64,000 nt of DNA. Origin: Lama glama (taxonomy: Eukaryota). Positions 48,958 to 60,580 of this stretch are shown one piece after another. Made by a program: the position numbers and the translations under genes. Position 1 is the stretch's first letter. Each line of letters starts with the position of its first letter. The stretch lies in contig CM052816.1 in NCBI GenBank assembly GCA_028534125.1, positions 82,958,001-83,022,000 of the forward strand, in the 5' to 3' direction. The notes below the pieces were generated by a model, which was not told the DNA's origin, ran no database searches, and saw nothing but the letters and a program-made list of their open reading frames with translations.

Positions 48958-51229
48958 GTAAAGCATTTTGAAAAACATAAACATCTGAATGTTAGATAAA
49001 AGAAATAAAAAATTAGCCCAAAAGGATTATTTGTTCACTTTTCTTTGTATAGGAGGATCATTTCAATTTTACCTCCTAAATATTTTTATTTTATATAGTA
49101 CTGTATATTTATTTTTCAAGCCCAAGTCAGTCAAATTGAATGCAATTTTATTGAGTATTTATAACGTGGGTACTGGACTTGGCTGGACTTTTAAAAAATT
49201 TAATTTCTGCACTTATGCTGTAGTTATGCTTTTTATTTTGATGGAAATAAGATTCTCCTTTTGAATCTTTAACACTGGTATTTTGATCACATCAGGCATT
49301 TTGCTTCTTTTCTATCACACAGATATTTGCTTTAGAAATGTGGTTGTCTCTCACCTCCCAGAGCTGTATACTCCACTTGATCTATCATTTCAGGTCATTA
49401 CAATTTTAAACACAGGGGGCCTTTACAAATCCATTCATGGGAGGTATGTTTCTAGAAATAGATGTTATCCTTCCTTTTGAACTTGGAAGCATGGGGAATA
49501 TCCTCCTCCATTCTCCTCCCAGAATCTCAACTAGGTTTAGAGATTGTGGAATTAATAGAAGGTATTTGCAGTATAAGTAACATTTTTGAGACTGACTGTC
49601 CGTGTCTTTTTAATTAAATCTTAGGAAAGTTGGATTCTTTTCCTTCTTAAAAAGATGGATAACTGGTATCAAAATTATAAGTAAGTTGCTTTTAAAATAT
49701 TTTCAAATAGCCTGCTCTGATTGATAATATTAAAAGACACTCTGTAGCTATCCTGAGGGTAGATTGTGTATATCATCATTAAAACTAAGACAGCTATAAA
49801 TAAATATTGCCTCATAGAGCTAAGTTCAGAAATGTATGTAATTTGGGGGGTAGTCATCCCCTGGAGTATAGGGGTTTAACATGGCAATTCTGATATATAC
49901 TGAAATCAACTTTGAAAAAAATAATTCGTTCATAGAGGATATGATCATAAGAAATGCTAAGATATGCATTTAATAAATGGTTACTATGTTTCCTGTACTG
50001 TGTTTCATATGTGATGTATTATATAATTTCAGTATTATATAAAATAGATTTTCTTTTATAGCACCTGTTAAACTATTTTTAATTAAAGACTTCAAAGTAT
50101 TCAGTGGCTAGTTGGGATTTCCACAGTGAGAAAGATGTAGACCCAGGATTCAAAATGAGGAAGAAATTTTGCTCTCACCCACGTATCTACAACTTTCTCA
50201 TGCCTGAAGCCTGTCCTATTTCCTTTATACCTCATCCTAGTCAAGTAGACATACAATGATAAATAAACTGAATAAATTGACTTTCTTTAAAGATTTTAGC
50301 TTCTCTCAGAATATTTCATGTAGCATGGCAGGATAAGGTCTGTGTCTTTAGGATGGATCTTAAGTGAGTATCTGTATTCACATGCTTGTTCTACCTCATT
50401 TGTCTTTCCATCTAGAATTGGAGTTGACATGCCTGTTAGACATATTCCATTTATCTGTCTGATTGTTATTTGTCATTTTATCTGTCTAGCAATCTACTTT
50501 AATATGCATCTACTGGGTCTTCATATATCATTGTTCAGCCTCAGAATGCTTGCTATGTCCTATTTCATTTTTCAATTCCTTCCCCATCTAAAAGATTTAA
50601 TGATTTCTAAAGTAATAGCAATGGATGAAATTTGTACTCCAACAGGCTTAATCTGATAAACTTGTGTATTTTTCCTTTCTTCTGATTATTTAATTGTGCT
50701 TGAAACATTATGCATGCAGATACAATACTGAAATTAAGAATGACTGAATTAAGTATACACTTACTCTAAATGTTTATTTTCATTGTAACACATACTAAAA
50801 TTTTATAGGCCTACTAAACCTCAAACAATATGTTATGGAATGATAGTACCATATCTAACTGGTTCTTCATATCAAATTCACTGGCGTATAATACAGTGTT
50901 TTAAACAACATAACTTTAATCCTCACTACTTACAAGATTCTAAGAAGCTGATATAAGCACATTTAGTTGAAGCAGGAGCAAATACTTGTAATGGCTAGCT
51001 TGGGCAGTAGACTCTTTGGGGCGCTTAACTCTCCTCCAGTGATGATTTTACAGCCTTGGGTAAGATACTTAAATGTTCTAAAACTCAGTTTTCCCAAATA
51101 GAAATCACAAAATCACAAAATTTGACTCAAATTTTCACCATGTGATTTCTGTTTGATATATATAGTTCTTTGGTGTATATATTTGTATATTTTACAGATA
51201 TTGGACACAAGCAGCATTATTCTATATAG

Positions 51230-54200
51230 ATGAAAAGGGAAGTAACTACTGAGATCTTACACTTTGCCTGGAGGCACTTTGCAAAGTTTGCTGAAATTTG
51301 TGTGATGGGGTGTTGAACAGAGAAGAAGATCCCCAAATTTGTATAGGAGTCTCTAAATTTTGATCATGTAATATATGGTGAATATTCAGTGTGAGTCTCC
51401 ATGAGATTGACAGAAAAATTACCTTGAAACAGTGAAAACTGCACAGTGTACTGGGATATGTAAGAATTCCAAACAGGCAGTCAGGAAGCATATTTGAACA
51501 CCACAGACATTTGGTTAACCTCCTGAAAGGCCATGCCTAAGGATTAAGGTAACTCTATCTAATGAGAAGTCTTATAGTCCTACCTTAACTAGGCTAAGAA
51601 CAGATATGCAAAAGATAAAGCAATTAAATTAAATCAACTACCTGACCCTCTCAAAAAAACCTTAAAAGACAATAAAATTCTTCCTCAACATTACAGCATT
51701 TACAATGTCCAGCATACAACAAAAAAACTACTAGAATTGCAAAGAAGCAGAATAATGGGACCCATATTACAGAAAACAATAGTCAACAGGAAAACAAGTA
51801 GAGATGCAAAGTTGTTGAAATTAGTGTCAAAGGATTTTAAACATTTTATAATCATGTTAAAGAGAGTAAGAAAAAAATGAACATAATGAGAGGAGATACA
51901 GGGAATTTTAGTAGAGAAATTAAAACCATAAAAACAAATTAAATACAAATTTGATTAGAAAAGTCAATATCTGAAATAAAAAATTGACTGAATGGGCTTA
52001 ATTGTAGGCTAGACACTAAGGATCAGTAGACTTGAAAGCAGATCAAAAAAACTATCCAAATTAAAGAAAACAGAGGCAAAAAGCTAAAAAAGATGCAACC
52101 AGAAAAGTATCATTGGTATCAAGGAAACTTGCATATCTGTAGTTGCAATCTTTGAAAGCTAGAGCAAAAATAAATATTTGAGGAAATAAGAGCTGAAAAT
52201 ATGAATATGAAAATATCAGTGGATTCAAGAAGCTTATCAAATGCCTACCAGGGTACAAATCAAAGGAACCCATACCTGGGGATATCATAGTCAAATTGAT
52301 GAATATCAAAAGTATATTAAAAGAGATTAAAATCATCAAAGAAAAAATGTATGTTAAACACATGTGAGTAAGGGAGAGCATAAGAAATACCATTTATTTC
52401 TCTTCTGAAACAATCCATTCTGCAGACAATTAAATGGAGTATTAAAATACTAAAAGAGATGTTTAAAAATTCAACCTGGAATTCTATAATCATTGAAAAT
52501 ATCTCCCAAAAATGGAGGAAAATAAATAGTTGAGATAAACCAGTGCTGAGAAATTCACTACCAGGACACCTGTATCACTAGATACACTTAAAAGAAGTTA
52601 TGATAAGCAAAGTGATAAATTTCTTTCAGCTGTGACAAACTGAAACACACTTCCACATAGATTAACAAAGAGAGTAGAAATGGTGACTATGTAAGTAAAC
52701 ATAAAAAAATTTTCTCTTTATATTTTTGTTGAAAAGGGTGACTGCTTAAAGGAAAAATAGTAACAATGAATTTTAAGGTGTATAACAGAAGTAGGACCAA
52801 CATGTATGATAAATTAAAAAGGTGTAGGAGAGAGGTAAAAGGAGATGATGTTATAAGATTTACATTATACCTGAGGTATAATAATATTTACTGATGTTAG
52901 ATTGTGAAACGAATAAGAAGCATATTGTAATCCCCACAGCAACTTTTTAAAATAATGCTAAAAAAAATCAATAAAGAAGTAGAAAGATAAAATTACTTAA
53001 TCCAATAAAAACAGGTAAGGAGGAAAAGAGAAAACTGAGACAAAAAAATAACAAGCAAGTAGAATAAAGTTATATCGTCAATTCCAGTTATTATAAATCG
53101 ACTAATCACTGAAAAAATAGAGATCGCCATAATGAGAAAAGCAAGAGTCAAATGCATGCTGATAACAAAATGCGTGTTTTAATAATACAGTTTAAAATGA
53201 AGAAAAATAACATTATTATGAATTATAGGTAAATTAATGCCAGAAAATAGACTTTAGGACAAATATATCTAGTTATAAAGAGGGATATCTTATTATAATG
53301 AAAGAGTGAATTTTTCAAAAATAAATAACAACCCCAAATATGTATATACCTAATAATGCAGTTCAAATTATATTGGAAGCAAAACTGTCAATTAGACATA
53401 TCTCAACCTATAATTATATTTAAAATGTAAGCAGTCCTCTTTCACTAATAGATAGAATTAGTAGACTGAAAACCTAACAAGACACTTACCTATTACAATA
53501 CCTAAAGTCCAAAAAACTGACACTACCAATTGCCATTGAGAATGCAGAGCAATGAGATCATCATTCATTGCTGATGGGAATGCAAAATGATGTTAATTTG
53601 GAAGACAGTTTGACAGTTTCTTACAAAGCTAACCATAGGCTTATGTGTGATCCAGCAATCATGCTCATAGATATTTATCCAACTAATTTGATATATATAC
53701 AGAAGAAAAACTTTTGAGCATTTAGAGCACCTTTATTCATAATCTCCAAAATTGCAGGAAACTAAGACGTCATTCAGTAGGAGAATGGACCTAGATTCTA
53801 ATTTTAGATTCTAGGAAAGGCAAAACTACAATTAAGGTAAAAAGATTTTGGTGGCCTGGGTTTGGTGGGGAGATAGAGAAAGATGAATAGATGAAATACC
53901 TGGGATTTTCAGAGCAGTGAAACTAGTTTGTATGGTACTACAATTGTGGATCCATAACATTATGCATTTGGCAGAACTAAAGAACTTCATAACACCATGG
54001 ATAAACCTTAATGTATGTAAATTTTTAAAGAATCTTAGAAGTTGGGGACACCAGAAATGTAAAAAGTGACAAATTAATCTAACTGCCTTACAAATATATG
54101 TAACAACTGCCTTGAATAGGGTGAGGAATATAGTGCTGACCTAAGTAACTTTGAAAAGAATTGGAGTCTGTAAGTCCAAAGGCAAGTAAACTGCACATAA

Positions 54201-57200
54201 GCAATGTATACTAACTGATGAAGTTGCTTCCCTTGAGGGTGCCCGTTAACAATACTGATACTCCATTCATGTACACCGGACTGAAAATATTGTGTAAATT
54301 AATGGCATATGCTGGGAGCTAAGATTTTCTCTCTTAGAATGGAAATTTACAGATAAGCAGGAGCAAGAGGCTAATATGAGCGGTGGGGTGATGAATTCTA
54401 GTTGGAAACATCAGAATGAATTTATGCTTAGCTTAATGTAGATACAGATGGTTACATATAGAAGTATATGTAGATAAGTGAAAATACAGAGTATTATACA
54501 AGCATATATTTCCACACTTTTTCGTCATTCAAGAAGCAAAGACTGCAGTAGCAACAAGTATTCCCAACACCGAAATCTTGATTCCTAATACCATTCTCCA
54601 ATAAAAGGAGCCAAGCCTCCTTGGAGAAATGGCTGAATTAGTATCGGTACCCATAATATACAAAATATAAAAGATGAGCATGGAATATATTATTTTTAAA
54701 AATTGACTCACCCACCCACACACATTTATGGGAATATGGCAAAGATTCACAGTTGATGCAGCTGAAAGAACTCTCAACATCTTGAGCATAAAATAAAGCA
54801 AAATTGCATAATGACCTCAAATAAAAATATTTATGCGTCCATACTGATATGGATAAATGATTTAAATATATAAATAAATGTGTGAGAATAAAATAATCTC
54901 ATGTGTGAAAAGTTCAAATAACTTATGTATATACATATTCTGCCTTCAAGGAGATTGTACATAAATCTCCCCACTTCTTAAGTGTGGACTGGCATAGTAA
55001 CCTCCTTTTGAAGAGGACAGTACAGGAGGTGAGGAAGAAAGAGAAATGTCAGAGTGGAGAAATTTGGCAAACTCTACCTCAGCCATGTTATCAAGGTCAA
55101 CACAAATAGAGATAATCCATGTTGACAGTATGTACACTTATCATGATGTGATGAAAATAGTACTTTACCTTTGTGGTCTTCCTCCCTAAACACATAACCC
55201 TAGTCTATCATGACAAAACTGTCAAAGAAATGGCACAACTGTATCTGAACAGTCCTCCTAAAAACTGTCCAGATCAACAAAAACAAGGACAATCTGCAAA
55301 ATTGTCACAAGTGAAAGGAGCCTAAGGAAAAATCACAATTAAATGTAATGTGGTATCTTGGACGGGATCCTGGAAAAGAAAAAAAGTCACTAGGTAAAAA
55401 CTAAGGAATTTGTAATAATCTATGTATTTTAATGAATAACAGTGTGTCACTATTGGTTCATTAATTGCAATGAATGGACCATAGTAATGGAAGATGTTAA
55501 TAATAACAGAAGAAACTGGGTGCTGGGTACAAAGAAACTTTTTGTACTATCTTTAAAATTTTTCTATAAATCTAAAACTATTCTAGTTTTAAGAATTTTT
55601 TTGAAAATATCAAAAAGAATACAGAAGATTTGTACATATATTATCAACCAACTTAACCTAATTTCCATGATACAACACTACATCTAAAATGTGCAGTATA
55701 CATATTTTTTAAGTACACATGAAACAGTCAGCATGATAAACCATATGCTAGACTTACCTCAATTAATTTAAAATTATAGACCCACACAAATGCATTCTCT
55801 GGCCTCAGATAAATTACGTTAGCAATAAAAAAAAAGCTATCTTTAAAAAATTCAAATGTTTGGAAACTAAGAAACTAGTCTAATGTACACAACTAAGAAA
55901 CCATTCTAATATCAAATAACAAGGGAAGTAGAATGATAATGAAAATATAACTTACCTCAATTTTGGGATGCACAGTCTGAGAGAAAACTATATATACCAA
56001 AAAGTTAATATATTAGAATAAAGGAAGATTATAATAAATGATATGGACAAGATAAAAGCAGATGTCAATAAAATACACAAACAATAGAGAATATCAATTA
56101 AAAATCAGATCTTCAGAAACATCAATTAAAATTTAAAATCCCTATTTAGACTGAACAGTTAGTGAGGAAAATATGTATCCTTATATATCAATGATTAATA
56201 CATTATCCTTATATATTAATTTAATTTATGAGCAATTAATAATAAATGATAAATTATTATTATTATTTCAGGATTAATATATATTCTTAAAATATTCCCA
56301 CATAGCAAATAAGTAACAGTGCAGTGTATAAAAGGCAGTATATACCATATTTGTCTTATCCTAGAAATGCAACTTGGTTTCACATTTGAAGAACAATCAA
56401 TGCAATTTACCACATTTACAAATTAAAATAAACAAAAAAAAAGATTACCTTAATAGAATTTGAAATCCTTTGACGAAACTTAGTACCAATTTGTGAGAAC
56501 AAATTTCTGCAAAAGAATTAAAAGAATTTCCTGGATATAATAAATAATGTCTAAGAAAAAACTACAACTATTATTCTAATAACTGGAACTGAATATTGGA
56601 CTGAACACTTAAAACTGAAACAAGGTAAGAATGTTCTCTTTCATGTTTTCTAAATAGTATTATATTAGAGGCCCCAGACAATGCAAGAAGGCCAGAAATA
56701 GAAAATGAAGGTACGCAGATTAGAAAGTAATGAATAATACATTTTTGTAGGTGACATAGAGAGTGATTAATCTAAAAAATGACTATAGATATAATAAATA
56801 AATTTAACAAGGTTGTAGGTACAAGGCTAGTATATAAAATTTAATTACATTCTATTAAAAACAAATGGAAAATATAACTTAAAAAATTATTTTTTACAAT
56901 AGCATTAAGAATGTGAAATTCTTAAGCAGTCAATTTATTTCTAGTTTCAATAAAAAATCAAACACAATTTTTAAATAGCTGAAATAAAGAAAACCTTAAT
57001 TAATGAAGAGACATACAATATTCACACATTTGATGACTCTGTATTACTAAGATATCACATAGTGTTGTATAGTTTAAAATAATTCCAATCAAATACAATA
57101 TCCTTTTTTATAAAAATTGACAAACTGATTCTAAAATTTCTATGGAAATGTAATGGATCTAGAAGAGTAAAAGTCTGTTTGAGGGAAAAAAAAAACAGTT

Positions 57201-57445
57201 TTCAGGGCTTACACTGCCTGATTCAATCACCTGATGTAAGCTACAACTGATAATACGGTATACCTGATGAGAATAGACATATAGATTAATGCAACTGAAT
57301 AGTGAATTAAGAAATAGATGACCCCTTCATACTCGTATATTCAATTTCTGAAAAAAAACGTATAACAACAGTTCAGTGAGAGAAAAGATATTTTCACCAA
57401 ACCATTTTGGAAGAAGTAGTTATCCACCTGGGGAAAAATAAACCT
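51230..57445 (+). mobile_element. Large ancient L1 (5' region, ORF1, ORF2 remnants), host to a nested L1
   Basis: ATTTACAATGTCCAGCATACAA (5' region); GACTTGAAAGCAGATCAA and CAACCTGGAATTCTATA (ORF1); CCTAGAAATGCAACTTGGTTT and GACAAACTGATTCTAAAATT (ORF2). Confidence 0.8.
53478..55600 (+). mobile_element. Nested L1 3' end with long 3' UTR (L1MC3/L1MD-type)
   Basis: CATTCATTGCTGATGGGAATGCAAAATG, ATAACATTATGCATTTGGCAGAAC, TAAATGTAATGTGGTATCTTGGA, TTCTATAAATCTAAAACTATTCTA. Host ORF2 sequence resumes at ~55610. Confidence 0.8.
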
Positions 57446-59579
57446 ACCTCACAGTTTTCAAAGAAGGACTGTGAGTGTCAATTTGTAGCCAGAACAAAAA
57501 ATGTTTCCTGGAACTTGGAAAATTTGAAAACCATGTCTCTTGGAACTGTGAAGTCTGAATATCCATTACCATCTGACCACAACAACATGACATAAGTAAT
57601 GTCAGGCAAGAACCATCTATTTGAAAGTTGCCAACCCACAAGACCAGAACAAAAAATAATTTGTTCTTTTAGACCAATAATTCATGAGGAACATAACTGG
57701 TTACTCAACAATAGGTAACTGAAATGGAAGAATCCTAAAACAAGGAGAAAACAAGAGAAAAACAACAGCAGCAACAACAAAAACAGTTGCAAAGAGCTCA
57801 CACACAAAATTTTAAACATGGCAGGAAATAACCCATAATAAGGGCATTCAGACAGCACAGATGATTAATGATCTCAAGAACCTATGACGATAGATAATCT
57901 GAAGGAATGCATAGTATGTAACAGGACTATGCTAGATGCAATAAATCAGAACGTCTTTGTATTTTACTTGGGAGATAGAATTATATCCTAATCAAAGTTG
58001 AAGCTTCTGTGCATTATGAGCAGTGCTGGATATACCTTATAAGGAATGCAAAATGTATGACTTGAAGTGAAATAATATTTAATAAAACTTAGTATCATTT
58101 ATATTTAGAAGCCAAAAGAGTAACCAAAAGTTCTTATAATAATCTCATTAACTTGACTGTACCTAGTAAGTTACTAGTAGTTTGTTTTATTTTATAGCAA
58201 TAAACTATGCTAGAATAACCATTATTATGTATTTATATTGTTTGTCATTAACTTGTGTTGTTTTAAATTATCCATTGACTGAGAAGAGCAGACTAGCTTG
58301 AGATTATCAACACTATTTATTACATTGTTTCTTGAGAAATAATATTCTGAATATTAGAGAACTAGGTTATAAACATAATTAAACGTGAGAATTAATTGTG
58401 TTTCATAGAAATCAATTACCTTATGTGAACAGTGTAAATCATTTAAGCTTTGTTTTTCAATACAACATGTATATTCAAAAAGCTCATGATTATCCTCTAC
58501 GAATAATAATTAGATACATTTTTAGTCAAATTACCTTCTATATAGAGGAGTGCTAACGTTGCTTGTCTTTACAGTGAACTTTCAGTTCCAGGTCAGGTTG
58601 TAGCTGAGCATCTGCTGTGGCCATATGTTACTGCAGTAGATTGCCACCAGGTGAAATTTGTTATGAGACACACCAAATTCTAACCACTATCACAGGAGAT
58701 ACTGTAATAAATAAGGCTTTCCCCTGCTTGGCCTCCCAGTCCCAATGGGGGAGATAATTCCACATTTCAGCTAATATTGTTTTGGTTCCTGCCTTGAAGC
58801 TGGAAAATATTTCTTGCAGTATAGAATCTCCCACTGGCATCTAGAACGTGAGTATAAGATTAAAACTCAGAGAAAGAATTTATTCACCATGGGGAAATAT
58901 TTTTGTGGACTAGAAAACAAAAGTATCAAGATGACAGTATTTTCCTTGTATTATTTTTCATGCTAGACTGACCCTAAGTTTCTCACTTTCAGAGACTCCC
59001 GAAGAGTGATTAGATTTTTATGCCATTTTAGGGCACCCAAGGTAGTTTAGCTACCTTCTGTATAGCATGAATATCCTCGATTCAGTAAGAATCTTTCAAT
59101 TCCTTAAATTCTTAGAAGTTTTATATTTTACTTAAGCTGTTGTGTCTATTTTTCATTAATATAGATCAGTTTATTTGCTTTTAAACAGAATAAAGTCTCA
59201 ATCATTCATTAAACTAAGTATATTAGAATATATTAAGATAGTATAAAAAGTGCAGCGGTAATATATTTACCACAAATAATTTTTAAGTAAATGTAAGTAT
59301 TTATTTTTCATATTCAAGTTTTCAAACAACAGTTTGGTGTAGATTAGGAATGCAGAAATTCAAGTGTGAAAAACATCAGCATAGTTAAAAGAGACTATAT
59401 TCAAATAGATTAAGTATACTTTAGCATGTTACATTTGAAATGTGTATAAAAAGCATGTACCTGGGTATTAAAATAACATCCACTACATTGCTTATCCTTA
59501 GGAGTTAAAGCAATTCCTAATCTGATCACCTAGAGAAAAGGAAGCTTATAATGTTTGTATCAAATTTGGGAAAATGATT

Positions 59580-59941
59580 TGTGGTGTACAGAATTCTAAG
59601 ACATCTCAAGTTTTCTGCCCCCCTCCCCCAGTATGTGTACCCTATGTAAGCTCCTACTCTTGAAAAGTGAACCTTTGTGGATGATGAAATGCCATCCCTG
59701 TGGTTCAATCACCAGTCAGTTAATTTTGATGTAATCAAGAGGAAGCTTTTCATGGATGGACCTGGCTTAGTGAAATGGGCTATTTAAAGGAAAGTGAAAC
59801 ATTAGAAAGATGCCCTTATGTTGACCTTGAGGAAGCCAACTTCCATGCTATGGAGGGTATGGGCCAGAAAACAATGGATGGCCTCTTACAGCTGAAACCT
59901 CCACCCTAGAAAATTATAAGGAAATGAATTTTTCCAGTAAC
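59580..59941 (+). mobile_element. MaLR LTR, 3'-truncated (MLT1E-type)
   Basis: TGTGGTGTACAGAATTCTAAGA, TTGACCTTGAGGAAGCCAACTTCCATG, AAGGAAATGAATTTTTCCAGTAAC. Confidence 0.75.
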
Positions 59942-59944
59942 AAA

Positions 59945-60189
59945 CAGGTTTGCTTACATGGCAATAAAAGTAGAAAACTTTTATAGAAGAGGAAATGAAT
60001 TTGGGAGGGCTGTAGTAAGCAGAAAGTGTATAGCTTTTCATTGGCTGAGTCCTTGCTAGGAGAGAAGAAAAGTCCTTCTTGGTGGCTTCTGCTGTCTTCG
60101 CAGGACTCAGGAGCCCCCTTTTCTGCTCTCCCAACTGTATTTAATTATGGTTTCTGTTTATTAATTTTTTTCTTATCTTTCCCCCTTTT
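59945..60189 (-). promoter_or_regulatory. Polypurine tract and partial 3' LTR (U3) of the provirus
   Basis: Minus-strand AAAAGGGGGAAA (60178-60189) directly upstream of an LTR-like segment containing a CCAAT box (plus-strand ATTGG near 60039). No terminal TG/CA seen at the far end. Confidence 0.7.
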
Positions 60190-60580
60190 GATCAAGATCC
60201 TTCTCTGAATGCATTGCTGATCAAGAGTCAGGTTTTAGTCTTGGCAGCTTTCAGTCCCTCAGTGCCTTCCTGAATCTTTCTTGGGTGTAGTGTCTGATGT
60301 CAGAGGGAAGATGCACAGATTGGAATCCTACTGAGGTCACATACTGATTAACAAAGGAAGGGCAGGAGGATGAATGTTCAGTCACTTTTTGTCTAAAGCT
60401 CATGTGTTATGGAGATCATAGACATTGGAGATTATCTGAAATGTAGTGTCATTATCAAAGGTTTGACAGTAAACTTCCAATAGGCCTGGGCCAGATATCT
60501 TGAGAAAGCTGTTTTATCAAGTAACATCTGCTTCAGTTCTAGGAAATCCTTACTTTCAGGTCACTAGATGATTTTAAGGT

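Noticed and set aside
58632..58660. CTCF-like site TGCAGTAGATTGCCACCAGGTGAAAT
   Set aside because: The 3' half of the core departs from consensus and the upstream-motif spacing does not fit
1009..60208. The many 60-168 aa ORFs in the supplied track, including 39898-40404 and 45586-46080
   Set aside because: No recognisable domains. Most lie in decayed repeats or low-complexity AT-rich DNA, and many use non-ATG starts. The 164-aa ORF is antisense to an LTR-like element.
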